Origin: Mobula hypostoma
Taxonomy: Eukaryota
Length of the DNA: 64,000 nt
Assembly (NCBI RefSeq): GCF_963921235.1
Contig: NC_086109.1
Location: 24,118,001-24,182,000, forward strand
Direction of reading: 5' to 3'
Below, one piece after another: positions 25,421 to 38,679 of the stretch. Below the pieces are notes generated by a model. The model made no database searches. It worked only from the letters and a program-made list of their open reading frames with translations, and had not been told where the DNA came from. The position numbers and the translations under genes are program-made. The first letter of the stretch is position 1; each line of letters opens with the position of its first letter.

Positions 25421-26319
25421 TGGATTCAAGAGATTCCATGGCATTGTTCTGAAGGGGGAAAAAACAGAACTGCACCTGATGTCCTGACCATTATTTATCT
25501 CTCATTCAACAGCATAACAGAGTACCTGATCGCTTCATATGGAAGCATGCTACCTGAAATTGGTGATTGTATTTCCTTTGTTACATGAGTAATTATGTTA
25601 AAGGTCCTGTACTTCGTTGACTTTGACTTTAAATGTTAGGGATGGAGAGAAAGGCACTACAGGTCTTTTAATTCTGTGTTACTTGGTTAAATATGTCACT
25701 TATGGCAAGGATGTAAATAGGGAACAAATGTCAAGCAATGAAAAAATTGGGTGGGGGAATTTTGGAGATGTCGGTGCAATGTTAGAAATCTTGGTAGGAC
25801 TCCCTACAGTGCAGCCAAAGAGGTTTACAGACACTTTAATTTAAAAAAAAACAAGGATCTGGTAAGCTTGGAGGGTTCAAGGAGGATTTCACCAGTGTAC
25901 AGCTAGCCAAAAACTCTTTTACCATAGGAAAGCTGGTGATTGACAAGAGATCAGGTGTTAAGGATCATATGTGGGCTTGGAAAAGTTGAAGATGGATGAG
26001 ATTGAATTTACCAAGCTAAAGGATAGACTGGGAGTTTCGGGGAATGAGAGCTTATTCTACAGAAGGAAAAGCCAGAGAAAATATCTTTTTTTTTCTTTCA
26101 GTGGTGAGATGTGTGTGTCTCTGGCAAGTCCAAATTAATAGCTCTTGAGAAGGCAGTGGTGAGCCACCTTATTAAACCGCTGTGGTTCTTGTGTGAAGGT
26201 ACTCTTGATACTGTTAGGTATGGATTTCCAGGATTTTAACTCTGTGATAAGGAAGGAATGGTGATACAGTACATTTCTAAATCAGCACAGCATGCATCTT
26301 ATATTGGAATTGGTTTGTT

Positions 26320-27130
26320 ACAAACACGAGAAAAGTCTGCAGATGCTGGAAATCCAAAGCAATGCTCACAAAATGCTAAAGGGACTGAGCAGGTCAGGCA
26401 GTCTCTATGGCAATGAACAAACAGTCCATGTTTCAGACTGAGACCTTCTTCAGGACTGGAGAGGAAGGGGGGAAGACGTTCGGAAGAAAAAGGTGAAGGA
26501 GGTGGAAGGAGGCTATCTTGAAGGTGATATGTGAAGTCAGGTGGGTGGGAAAGATAAAGGGCTGGAGAGGAAGGAAGGAGAGTGGACCACAGGAGAAAGG
26601 AGCCCTGGGTGGAGTGATAGGCAGATGAGAAGAGGTAGGAGGCCAGAGTAGAAAACAGGAGAGTAGAAAAGGGGGAGGGAAATGTTTTTTTACTGGACGG
26701 AGAAGTCGATATTCATGCCATCAGGTTGGATGGTAGCCAGATGGAATATAAGATGTTTCTCCTCCATCCTGAGTGTGGCCTCATCTTGGCACAAGAGGAG
26801 GCCATGGACTGACATGTGGGAATTAGGAATGGAGTTGGAATTAAAATGCTTAGCCATCAGGAAGTTCTGCTTTTGGCGGAGGGAGCGGAGGTGCTTGGTG
26901 AAGTGGTCCCCCAATTTATGATGGGTCTCGCTAATGCAGAGGAGGCCGCATCGGGAGCACCGGACTCAATACTAGATTTGCAGGTGAATTGCTGCATCAG
27001 CTGGAAGGACTGCTAGGGGCCCTGAATGGAGGTGAGGGAGGAGGTGAATGGGCAGGTGTGACACGTTGGCCACTTGCAGGGACATGTGCCGGGAGGGAGA
27101 TTAATGGCAAGGTATGAATATACATGGGAA
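26320..27130 (-). mobile_element. Penelope-like retroelement 3' fragment with degenerate GIY-YIG endonuclease and terminal repeat
   Basis: ORF 26690-26914 (GDHFTKHLRS..MAKHFNS..EEKHLIFHLATIQPDGMNIDF) is a typical Penelope GIY-YIG C-terminus. A Cys-rich linker lies upstream and a damaged hammerhead at 26422-26458. Confidence 0.85.
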
Positions 27131-29359
27131 TCATGGGGGTGGGGTATAAATTTGAGTCACTTGCCTTGGTTTATTATAGTCATATGTACAAAGATGCAGT
27201 GAAAAGCTTGTCTTGTGTACTGCTCGTGCAAATCAATTCATTATACAGTGTATTAAGGAAGTAAAGAGTAAAACAATAACTGAATACAGAATACAGTATA
27301 ACAGCTACAGCATTAGCACAATGCAGGTAGTCAATAAGGTGTGAGTTCTTAAAAAGTTAGTCTGTGAAGTCAAGAATCCATCTTAAAGGGGAATCTAGAA
27401 CTTTTAGCATACTCAAGATCCAAGTGCCGTTGTCCTTCTGGATAGTAGAGGTGGCAGGTAATGTCAAAACATAATTTGCTGCGGTTTTTTAAAAATATAA
27501 ATGGTACACAGCACTATCATGCACTCTCACCTTTGTCATCCAGATGGACACCAGCAGTTGGGCATTTTTTATGCTAAAATTTCCAAGTTCCCCTCCTGAC
27601 TTCATTATCAGAGTTAAAACCCCGGAAATCCACACCCTAACATCATCAAGGGTAATTTCACACAAGGTTCACTGCTGGTGGAGGAATGGAGAAGTTGGGG
27701 TGAGGGATAAAGTTGTAATGCAGTGATATGGATCTTCAGTATGGTATTGAAACTTAAGGGTGGTTGGAGCTACAGAACGTGTATTCAGCCAAATTCCATC
27801 ACCTTTCTGATGAGCCCTGTAGAGTTTGTGGAAAGGTTTTGGAGGCATGAAATGAGTCACTTGCCTTGGGAAACCACTGTCTAATCTGCTGAATCACATA
27901 TTGGTCCAGTTAAATTCCTGGCTGGGATTTGGCAATGATAATGACTTAGGATATCAAATGGAGATCATCACTGTTTAGCATAATAATCACGGCATTGCTT
28001 TTGTTCATACTCCACAGCACATTTCTCTATTCTAGAGAGAAAATATCATAGCTGGGGAAAGATGTCTTAGTGATTGGACAGGGCTGGGGATTTGAGTTTC
28101 TACCAATCCCATAGCCGACTATGATCTTTATGGAACACCTGGTTACTCGGGATGTTCTGAAACGGTCGCTTCCTTAGCTTCATCACTGATAGACATGCTA
28201 CGGTCACCTGCACCCAAGTCATAGAATTCCAATAGTTCAAGTGAAATTGCCAGTCTCTGAAAGATTAGGCAACCAGATAGGAGCAGTGTAATTGCCAGTG
28301 TGACAATATTACAACAATATTATTACAAAGAAGTGGATGTAAATAGATCTTTCTCAGTAAAAGAAGTACAGCCTGACCCAAAAATCCCACTAGACAAAGC
28401 TCACAGAGCCTCTTGTTTTGAACTCTCAATTATTAACCACCTCCCTCCCAGTGGTTTTGAGGCCTGTACTGGACAGTCTAATAACATCACGTACATTAAC
28501 TAGTAACTTATTCAGAAATTTGTGACAAGATGGGAAGATTGCACGTTGCCAGAACTGCTGTAGAATTGCTTCCAGTAACCTAACAAACTACTCATTATGG
28601 GGGTACCTAATAAAGTGGCCACTGAGTTCATCTTTAAATGTTAATTATTAAACTTTTTTTCTTAGTCTTTCTTATTATTTCCCTCGTTTTCAATGTTTAT
28701 AGAGTATTAATGAAATTTATGCTACAAAAAAGGCCACATAAACCAACAAGTCTAAGTAAGTATTTATGCCCCAATAAACCAGCTGCTTTTGATAATTTAG
28801 TTCTAGAGGTATGCACAGCATATGACTTGGAACTGTACATTTAAAAGATGCATTTCATCATATACAGATAGACAAGTGTCCGTTTTGTGCTTTTAGTGGC
28901 TGGGTAGCTGTGTTCTTCTGGTCCCACCCCAGTGCATGTCCGTGTCTTGTTCAACCCCTTTTATCTCCCTTCCAGTCCTGATTTGAGTTTATTTACATTT
29001 TAACCCCTCATATCCTTTTTTTAATTTTACCCAGCCATTCAATGGCATTGTTAATGAAGATACTCCATGAGTCGCCAAGGTCCCAACAACGTTGGTTTGC
29101 ATTTCTACCAAGATACAGGGCAAAGAAAATTTAAGCGGAAGTGGATAGGGGAACACCAGATAAAGTTTATTGCAACTGGAGTAATTGAGTTGTACAACAG
29201 GAACATCAACTTTCTTCATTTTAAAAAAAAAGCACATATGTTATTGAGTGCCAAACTAAATCCTCTGTAGGTAGTTTAATTAATAAGGTGCAAATCCCCC
29301 AATTTTATGTGACTTGTAATAAGAATGAGGGCAAGCTGCTATGGTGTTGTGGGAGCCTT

Positions 29360-29675
29360 AGATTCCACACCAGCAGGTTCAGGAACAGTTGTTACCCTTC
29401 AACCCTCTGCTTCTGAACCAGTGTGAATAACTTTACTCACCTCAGCTCTGAACAGACTCCACAACCTGTAGACTCACTTTCAAGGACTCTACAACTCACT
29501 TTCTCTGTATTATTTATTTATATATTTTATTTGCGCAGTTTGTCTTCTTTAGCACATTCGATTCTATTGAATTTCTCTGTTCTACCGTGAATGCCTGCAA
29601 GAAAATGAATCTCATGCTGGGACATAATAACATATACATACTTTGGTAATAAATTTACTTTGACCTTTCAGACTT
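29360..29675 (+). mobile_element. Rex1/Babar-type 3' end
   Basis: cacaccagcaggttcaggaacag..aataaatttactttgacctttc, homologous to 35440-35827. Confidence 0.75.
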
Positions 29676-31348
29676 TGATTTTCATGAGGCTGGCAGTGGA
29701 GCAGAGCAAACTACCTCATAATCTGCAGTCTTTCATTATTTATAGAATAGAGAGTGAAACCAGGCCTTTCAGCCCATTTTGTCCGTGCCTATCTATACAA
29801 ATCCCTCTTCCCAGCACTCAGCCCGCAGTCCTCTGTGGTTTGCACTTCAAGCGCACATCTAAATATTTCTTAAATTTTTGCAAGTACCTGCCTCCCCCAC
29901 CCTGTCAGCAATCCCTAAGACTACTAAATGAACTGTTGCAGGACATCTATACTGTCAACAGGCTCAGAATGTGGTGCTCACTGGGTGAGGTGTTCTCACC
30001 ATTGGTCTTCCTTGTTTAGTGTGCTGAATCCTGAGAAGTTTATCAAGTGTACACACAACATGTGGTTGTCCACTGCTGATTCCCTAATTTTGGACATTCC
30101 CCTTTAAGCATTTACACCAAATGAGTTCAGAGGATTACAACATTCGTTTGGTTTTATTTTTATTTGTTTTAACTGGAAATCTTTGGCTTTTCTGTTTTTT
30201 TAAAACTTTACAGACAGTGACAGCACTTCCTTCCTGAGCTAACTGTGGAAAACATGCTTAACAAGCAAGTCTCTGACTAATTCCAGTCCCCAGAGAACCT
30301 CTTCTAAAGAGAAAGGCAGACTAGAAAAGTGAATGCAATATTGTGAAAAGGAGGGCCTTATTTCTTTTCCTTGTAGCCGTTCATTTTTTTTTATTCTGTA
30401 GAGTTATTACTTCAAAATTTGAATGTTCTTTATGCAATTGTTGTCCTTCAAGAGTTAATAATAACTGGTTTGATTAATCAGTTAAACTTCGTCTGAGAGA
30501 CACTTGTGATTTATCTTTTGAAAGCTGAGTGTTATTTTTAAGTAGAGAAAGGCAAAGAGGTGCTGTCTACATCTGGTCCTCCCCAGTTTAATGTTTTCTT
30601 CTCTTGAAAGTGCTGACACACAGGGCTTGAATAACAAGGAGGCCAACAGCCTAGCAAGACCCCACAGGAATTGTGGCTTTCCATGCGTGATCCCAGTCAG
30701 TGAATTTGGGTAAGGTATTCACTCTGTGGAGACAACATTGATCTGGCTGAACTTCTTTCTCCACACTCACTCACGCTCACTATACAGACGCAGGAGCACA
30801 TGTGCACGCAGATGCAGAATAATAAACATGCAGACATATGCGTGAAGCTACAGAGAATCAGGTTTATCATCACTGAACATATGTTGTGAATTGTATAGCT
30901 CTGTAGCAGCAGTACAGTGCAGGACACAAAAATCACTATGTTAGAATAAAAATACACAAATAATCAGTGCAGAAGAGGTATCGGGAGGATCACTGACATC
31001 CATGCATCTATATGCAGGTAAACTTGCGGAAAATGCACATACAAATAATAAAAAAGCAGGACATATTCACACTCTGACACCTCAGCAGGACTCACTTAGA
31101 GGCAATTAAGAGCAGGAACCCAGTTCCCATCTCTTACCCAGATTCAGTATGGCCACGGCACCACCCTATTGATCCTACCTAGATTCACAGTCTGGGAGGC
31201 TATTGAAACTGCAAGATATCAACAAGCTGAGAAACAGGGTGCTGAGTGTGTAAAATTAAATATTATTAGACCTACAATTTGGAAGCCTGCTGTTAACCAG
31301 AACTTAACCAGCTGATGATCCCATGTAGAGTCAGATCCAGGCCAGGAT

Positions 31349-31862
31349 CATAGAAACATAGAAATCTACAGCATTTTACCAACCCTTCGGTCCATAATGT
31401 TGTGCTGATCATGTAACCTTCTTTAGAAACTGCCTAGAATTTCCCTACCGCATAGCCCTCTATTTTTCTAAGCTCCGTGTACCTATCTAAGAGTCTCTTA
31501 AAAGACCCTATTGTATCTGCCTCTACCACCTTCACTGGCAGTGCAATCCATTTCTCTGTGTGAAAATCTTACCTCTGACATTCCTCTTGTACCCACTTCC
31601 AAGCAGCTTAAAACTATGCCCCCTTGTCAGCCATTTCAATCCTGGGAAAAAGCCTCTGACTATCCACACGATCAATGTCTCTCATCATCTTATACACCTC
31701 TATCAGGTCATCCCTCTTCCTCTGTCGCTCAAACTATTCTCATAAGGCATGCTCTCCAATCCAGGCAACATCCTCGTAAGTCTCCTCTACACTCTCTCTA
31801 TAGTATCCACATCCTTCCTGTAATGAGGTGACCAGAATTGAACACAGTACTCCAAGTGGGGT
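31349..31862 (-). mobile_element. CR1 LINE 3' end, same subfamily as 8326-8745
   Basis: High similarity to 8326-8745; catagaaacatagaaa tail. Confidence 0.85.
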
Positions 31863-31952
31863 CATATATCTTATAGGATCAATATCATTCATCTCTTCAC
31901 AACATGTTAACAGCTTCAAACCAGTAACATCTCAATATTTCCTAGTGAAGAC

Positions 31953-32287
31953 ATGCCCGCCCATCCTCTGGGCTTCCCCCCTCCCCTTGTTCTTTCTCCC
32001 TAGGCCTCCTGTCCCATGATCCTCTCATATCCCTTTTGCCAATCACCTGTCCAGCTCTTGGCTCCATCCCTCCCCCTCCTGTCTTCTCCTATCATTTTGG
32101 ATCTCCCCCTCCCCCTCCCACTTTCAAATCTCTTCCTAGCTCTTCTTTCAGTTAGTCCTGACGAAGGGTCTCGGCCCGAAATGTCGACTGTCCTTCTTCC
32201 TAGAGATGCTGCCTGGCCTGCTGCGTTCACCAGCAACTTTTATGTGTGTTGTTTGAAATTCCAGCATCTGCAGATTTCCTCGTGTTT
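31953..32287 (+). mobile_element. Penelope-like 3' UTR/terminal repeat, young copy
   Basis: Pyrimidine-rich UTR, hammerhead, then the gatgctgcctggcctgctgcgttcaccagc..ccagcatctgcag tail shared with the 26.3-27.1 kb element. Confidence 0.8.
32153..32190 (+). ncRNA. Minimal type I hammerhead ribozyme motif (Penelope-associated)
   Basis: tagtc-CTGACGA-a-ggg tctcgg ccc-GAAAT-GTC-gactg: 5-bp stem I and intact core, with U-G replacing C-G in stem III. Predicted cleavage after C32185. Confidence 0.7.
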
Positions 32288-32479
32288 GCCATTTAATTGA
32301 TTATTCTATGCTTAGTCAATGGAATTTGTCTTCCTTCAAAGTAGAGAGGAAAAATTGGATATCAGCCTGAGTTATAGTGTGATTAGGATACAGTGAAAAC
32401 AAAGTTTGATACCTCATCAGGATGAAGATGGTAAAAAAAAATCCCACCAGATGGAATGCACTACAAAGACTTTGAGTTA

Positions 32480-33320
32480 AACGTGTACACAGAAGAAGGG
32501 AGATCAAAAGGGGAGGGAGGGAGAGGATTTGTGGGGGAGCAAAGGGTAGAGAGAGAGCTGGGAAAGGGAAGAATGTGAGGGATGAAGGGAAAGGTAGGAG
32601 GGATGGACGGAAGAGGGAGAGGAAGTGGGGTTGGAGTGAGAGGAAGAAATGGAGAGGAGAAGTGGAAAAGGATGGGTTTGGGGATGGAGAGAGAGGGAAG
32701 ACTTGGGTAAGAAAGAAAAGGCAGGAGTTGGCAAGATGGTGTGGAATAAGTGGCAGGGTGTTGGGGAGAGGGTTGGTTTGGATTTGGACAGCAGGGTTGT
32801 GGGAGAAATGATGTAAGATGGAGAGACTGAGGAGTGGAATGAGGAATGAGATAAAAGGCGATGTGGATTGAAAAGGCTGAGTAAAAAGGAAGCAGAGAAT
32901 GAAAACTGTAAGACTGATGAGAGGATGAAGGAGAAGGAATGAGAGAGGAGAGAGATAAGCAGAAAAGAAAAGAAAAAATAAGAAGAGGCAAAGAGAGGGA
33001 CTGAATAGGCTAGATAAAGAATTGGACAGCACTGTGGTGAAGATGGGTTAAGAACCAAAAAGAGAGCTATGGTGAGATTCACCTATATGAGGGAGGAAGC
33101 AGATGAAAGGGAAAAAGGGCATATTAAAGAAAGGAAAAGAGACTGAACAAGATAGAGTAGAGGAGGAACTGGAGGTGAAAGCTTGAGCTGTATGAGGGTG
33201 GCAGGGTAAAGGGCAACAGTAATAAATACTATGAGAAAAGGAGGAGAAAGCTCAGGAAGAAAACATGAGTGGTAGGGAGGTAATGTGGCAGAGGAAAGCG
33301 TAGAGAACGAGAGAGACAGT
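32480..33320 (+). repeat. Degenerate purine-rich low-complexity region
   Basis: GA-rich; produces the long spurious L/S/P/F-rich minus-strand ORFs. Confidence 0.8.
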
Positions 33321-33471
33321 GAGAGCCATCAGTTTATTTAGTCTGCACTGAATGTAAACCATAATCCTGGAAATGAAAGTAATTTGTAATAAACAGCAGG
33401 CACACACGTCCTTCTGGGGAATCAACTCTTAACCTGTTGAGTCATGGAATTCTTGCTTCTCAAATTTATGT

Positions 33472-33478
<7 letters not shown>

Positions 33479-33512
<34 letters not shown>
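33479..33512 (+). repeat. (GT)17 microsatellite
   Basis: Seen directly. Confidence 0.95.
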
Positions 33513-33514
<2 letters not shown>

Positions 33515-34199
33515 ACGTGTAGATGAGTGGATGAGAGAGAAAGATCACTCCATACATGTGGGAATTCCTCTCCCAGTTTTTGGCCTCTGCGTCACCCAAT
33601 TTCCCATCTCTAAATCTGTCATTAAACTGTGGATTCCTAGCACTGACTCACAGACACAGTCAAAAGCCTAATCTGTATCCTAGACAGACTGTAATCCCCC
33701 CCCCTCAAGTTGATCTACTCTTCTTTCTTTTATTTCATACAATTATAGCTTTTCTCTACTATTGTCTTGCATGTCAATCCTCCTTCACATCTGCCACTGA
33801 TTGTCCTCTGGCTCTGACCTGCCCTCTCAGTAAGGATGGAGGCAGGTGTTAGAGATCATCTGGTTACTTGTCTTCATTGGGGTTACGGAATTGAGATGGG
33901 ACACAGATACCCAGGAATCCACTATATTTAGTTCCAAGAATTGGGCTATTTATGAACATTACTGGGTGTATGGAGCAAGTTCTGTGTTATGCAGTAGTGT
34001 GAGTGCACAGTTGAAGTCTGCAACCGGAGATTGAAAGTGATCAGGAGCATTTGAACTGTAGTCCCAAGTATCGCTGGCGTGGTCTAATTAAATGGTAGGC
34101 CAGCCTTGAGGTCTTGAGCAACCTCCACATGTTCTTTTGTTCCTCTGACAGCATCGGAGGCAAGTGAAAAGGTGTTCAACTTATTTTCAGGGCAATAGG

Positions 34200-35827
34200 T
34201 TCATTGCCTTCTATACACACGCTGGCTGTCAAAACATGGAGGAAACATCACAATCTCCCACAGCTCCCGATGACCCTGAGAATTCAGATCTCTGAGGCTG
34301 ACATGACAGCACCCTTCAGGAGAGTGAATCATGAAAAGCACCCGGCCCATATGGAGTACCTGGCTAAGTGCGAAAGACCTGGACTTTTCAACTGGCTGCA
34401 AAGTTCACCGAGATCCGTAACCTCTCGCTTCAGCAGTCTGAGGTACCCACCTGCTTCAAACAAGCTTCAATTATACCAGTGCCTCAGAAGAACATGGTAA
34501 CCTGTCTCAACGACTATCATCCAGTAGCACTTACATCCAAGGTGATGAAACATAACAGTTCCTGCCTGAGAAGAGATTTGGTTTCATTCCAGTTTGTCTA
34601 CTGGCACAACAGGCCCACAGCAGATGCCACTTCATTGTCTCTTCACTTAACCCTGAATCATCTGGACAGCAAAGAATCATACATCAAAATGTTCCTTATC
34701 AACTACAACTCAACATTCAATACTATCATCCCATCAGAATGAATGAATAAGCTTCAAGACCTTGGCCTCAATGCCTCCTTGTGCAATTGGATCCTCAATC
34801 TCATCCTTTGCAAACCCCAGTCAGTTTAGATTGGCAACATCACCTCCTCCACAATCTCCATCACCAAGGCTGTGTGCTTAGCCCTCTGCTCTACTCACTT
34901 TACACTTGGATTGTGTGGCTAAGCACAGCTCCAATGCCACATTTAAGTTTGCTGACAACACTACTGTCATTGGCCAAATCAAAGGTGGTGAAAAGTCAGC
35001 ACATAGGAGGTAGATTGAAAATCTGGCTGAGTAGTGCCACAACAACATCCTTTACTCAATGTCAGCAAGACCGGGGAGCCAATTACTGATTTCAGGAGGA
35101 GGAAACTGGAGGTCCCTGAGACAGTCCTCATCGGCAGATCAGAGGTGGAAAGGGACAGCAACTTTAAGTTCCTTAGTGTTATTACCAAGGCCCAGCACGT
35201 GAGTGCAATTACAAATGAACCTCAGCAGCACCTCCATTAGAAGTTTGGGAAAATTCGGCATGACATCTAAAACTTTGACAAACTTCTATAGATGTGTGGT
35301 GGGATTTCCTCCCCACCATTGAGAAAATCTACATGGAGCATTGTCACAGGAAAGCAGAATCCATCATCAGCGACACCCTCTACCCAGGCCGTGATGTCTT
35401 CCCACTGCTGCCGTCAGGAAGAAAATTCAGGAGTCTCAGGACTCACACCACCAGTTTCAGGAACAGTTATTGCCCCTCAACCATCAGGCACTTGAACCAG
35501 AGGGAATAACTTCACTCAAATTCGCTTGTCTTATCACTGTACTGTTCCCAGAGCCCATGGACTCATTTTCAAGCACTCTTTATCTCATGTTCTCAATATT
35601 TGTTGTTTATTTATTTATATAATATTATTACTTCATTTTTTCATTTGTATCTGCATATTTTGTTGTCCTTTGCAAACTCGTTACGCTCATCTGGTGCGGT
35701 CCCTCATTGATCCTATTGCAGTTATTGGATTTACTGAGTATGCCCGCAAGAAAATGAATCTCAGGGTTGTATATGGGGACATAAATATGCACTTTGATAC
35801 AAAATTTACTTTGAGTTTTGAACTTTG
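34200..35827 (+). mobile_element. Rex1/Babar-type non-LTR retrotransposon, degenerate RT plus 3' UTR
   Basis: NLSLQQSEVPTCFKQASIIPVP..CLNDYHPVALTS; QGCVLSPLLYSLYT; LLPSGRKFRSLRTHTTSFRNS; (ctttgaa)n tail. Confidence 0.85.
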
Positions 35828-35914
35828 AAAGTGCTGAATTTTTACCTGAAGAAAAAACAGTAAAGCTATATTTCCATGAAATATGGAGGATCTTTTGCAA
35901 GACTGTAGTCATTG

Positions 35915-36625
35915 GATGACACAGTGGCCTAGCGAGCAGAGCTGCTGCCCCCAGCTCCAGAAATGGCAGGTTCAGTCCTGGCCTCGGGTCAGAAACTGCT
36001 GCCTGTGTGCAGTTCCTGCATTCCCCCCGTGGCCCTGTAGGTTTTCTCTGACATCTCAAAAACATAGAAATGGGAGGTTAATTGGCCACTGTAAATTGCC
36101 CCTTATGGATATGGGTGGGGGCGGCACGATAGCGCAGTGCTTAGCACAACGTTCTAAAGTACATGCGACCAGGGTTCAATTCCTGCCACTGCCTGTAAGG
36201 ACTTTGTACGTTCTCCCCGTGACCATGTGGAATCCCTCTGGGTGCTCCGGTTTCTTCCCACAGTCCAAAAACATACCAGTCGGTAAGTTAATTGGTAATT
36301 GTAAATTGTCCTGTGATTAGGCCAGGATTAAATCCAGGGAATGTTGAATGGCATGGCTCAAAAGGCCAGAAGGGCCTATACCACACTTTAACTCAATAAA
36401 GATGAAATAAAAAATGTGGGGAGAATAGGTTACAAGGAAAATTAATTTTCTACTAACCTCTATGTTTTTGTGATCATGGGGGTAACTAGGGCACTGGCAG
36501 GAAATCCTACGGTCACAGCGAAAACGTGCAAACTCCACACAGCAGCCCCTAAGGTCAGGATCAAATCCGGGTGCCCGTCGCTGTGAGGTGACAGCTGTAC
36601 CCGCGGCACCACTGTGCCGTCCATC
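35915..36625. mobile_element. Cluster of three V-SINEs (two plus, one minus)
   Basis: Copies at ~35915-36100 (+), ~36117-36410 (+) and ~36470-36622 (-). Confidence 0.75.
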
Positions 36626-37577
36626 CCTCTGAGGACATGCAGGAACTGTAAGCCGTAAGCTTGCTTGTATGAATGACAAGCATCTGTGTGGAAATGCTTT
36701 TCTGCATCCTGGTGGAGCATAGCAAGCTAACTAGTTTTACAAATTCCACTTTTGGCCCGCTTCCCAGACATTGTGGGATTGGGCCCAATGCACATTAAAA
36801 AGATCTTAAGTCTCCCCAGGGACACTCGGACAATTGGCATCAGCAACTCTCTTTTTACACGGTGCTGCCAAAATATTGGCCCAGGAAACAAAGTCATTGA
36901 TCAGTTGGCAGCCATGATGCTTACACCCATGAATTTTACGGATGGGTTTGGGCCCATTTCAGAACACAGAGGCAGAAAATCGAGACTGCTGGTCCTAAAG
37001 TAGGACATCATCTGAAGTCCCTTCTGCCCTTTGGATATAAAGGAGCATAAAGAAAAACAGACTTTCTCCATGTTGCCCTAACCAATATCTATCCCCTCAT
37101 CTAATGCCTTGAAAACAGGTTATCCCATTAACCTTCCTAGCCATTGCTTTACCTACATTGCAACAGTGGACATCAATGCATCTTTCATATTGTCAACTGA
37201 TCTCATAATGAAGTATTCCAATGGGGTTTTGAGAGGGTGGAGCATTGTTGGAGGAGCCACATTTCATCTAAAGATGAAAGAAGATTGATTGATTTCCCTT
37301 TGTGAGATTTTTTTTTCCTTCTTTCCATTCCCGCAACTGCCGAGGACAGGGTCGGAGGATACAATCTCAGGTGCCAGTGCCTTGGAAAAATCAGAGTAGG
37401 ATTGGGGGATGCTGTGGTACATTCACCCCACTCTGTATCCTTTCCTACACATCCAACCCTAAACATGCACATCAAAATGGTGCTGTCAATCCAGACCCTG
37501 GCATTGACGCTGCCTCCACATTGGTGGTGAATCCTAACTCAGAATGGCATGATCTGTTCATATCAGCAACTCGAGGC

Positions 37578-37591
37578 GTTACCATGGAAAC
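37578..37591. promoter_or_regulatory. RFX X-box motif
   Basis: GTTACCATGGAAAC fits the palindromic GTTNCCATGGNAAC consensus and lies in unique sequence. Confidence 0.55.
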
Positions 37592-38555
37592 CCTCAGCCT
37601 TGAACTTATTGATTGCTGCAATCACATATTTAATTGGGTGTGTGAGGTTATAGCCCACGCTTTTGATTAAATCAGTTTTAGTATCCATTTTATCCCACCC
37701 TTTGTTCTGTGCATTCCTGAGGACTGTTTCTGTTATGCTGTCCCTGACTCTGCTCTGTGACCTTGCGAGTATGTTGCTGGGAGCTTCAATTGGACCAATA
37801 ATGTGCTGAAATTTTAAAAGTTCATTTTTATTTCTCAAAAATGAAATAATTATATCAAAACTGTCATTAATTTTGCTGCCAAATTGCTCACACAAATCCT
37901 CAGAAGGTTAACAAAACAGTACTGGGTGGAGAGCTGCACCTGTCCAAACACAACTAATATTCTGGCAGCTGCCAGAGGTGCTGGCCTACTGTGGAGTATC
38001 AGGTTCACTCCATGTCTTTATGGGGGGGGGCAACAGAGAAGGGGGCACGCGTTGGGATGTAGAGGATGCAAGGGAGAGAGAAGCAGAAAATGAGGGAAAG
38101 GGAATACAAAAATAGCAAGGGTAGCAGGAAGACAGAGGCAGACAGCCAGAAATGGAACAGGGAGAGAGAAACACATGCACAGAAAGGGAGGCAGACACGC
38201 ATAAAAAGACAGACAAATACTGAGAAATGAGACCGGGAAAGGCAGAGAAAGAGCAAAGTTCTGTTTTCATAGTGAGCGCAGTAATTTGACAGAGTGGAGC
38301 GTAGGAATCATCCTACTTGCATTTAATTGATTTACACTGAATGAAAATCAGGCAATCCACTTTTCTAAGTTACTGCCCATGTGGTTTAAATGAAAATTTA
38401 TCTCGGAGTGAGAAGCAATTGGGAGAGACAGACAGCCCAGTGGAGCATGGGGGTGGGGGAGGGGGAGAAAATAAGGGAGCGAAAGGGAGGATGGGAGAAA
38501 TGGAGATAGAGCCAAAGTTGAAAAATGGAAGTAAAAGGTGACAAATTTAAAATAA

Positions 38556-38679
38556 GATGTCCTGACGAAGGGTCTCGGCCTGAAACGTCGACTGCACCTC
38601 TTCCTAGAGATGCTGCGTTCACCAGCAACTTTGATGTGTGTTGCTTGAATTTCCAGCATCTGCAGAATTCCTGTTGTTT
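38556..38679 (+). mobile_element. 124-bp Penelope-terminal insertion (hammerhead plus 3' end) with 13-bp TSD
   Basis: aaatttaaaataa at 38543-38555 and 38680-38692. Body closely matches 32155-32287. Confidence 0.85.
38559..38592 (+). ncRNA. Minimal type I hammerhead ribozyme motif (Penelope-associated) with canonical core
   Basis: gtc-CTGACGA-agg gtctcgg cct-GAAAC-GTC-gac: stem I gtc/gac, full conserved core, stem II, loop-less palindromic stem III (ACGT). Predicted cleavage after C38589. Confidence 0.75.

Noticed and set aside
32316-33082. Longest ORFs (238, 176 and 192 aa, minus strand) looking like membrane proteins
   Set aside because: All three frames are open because the CT-rich low-complexity strand lacks stops; L/S/P/F-biased with no domain.
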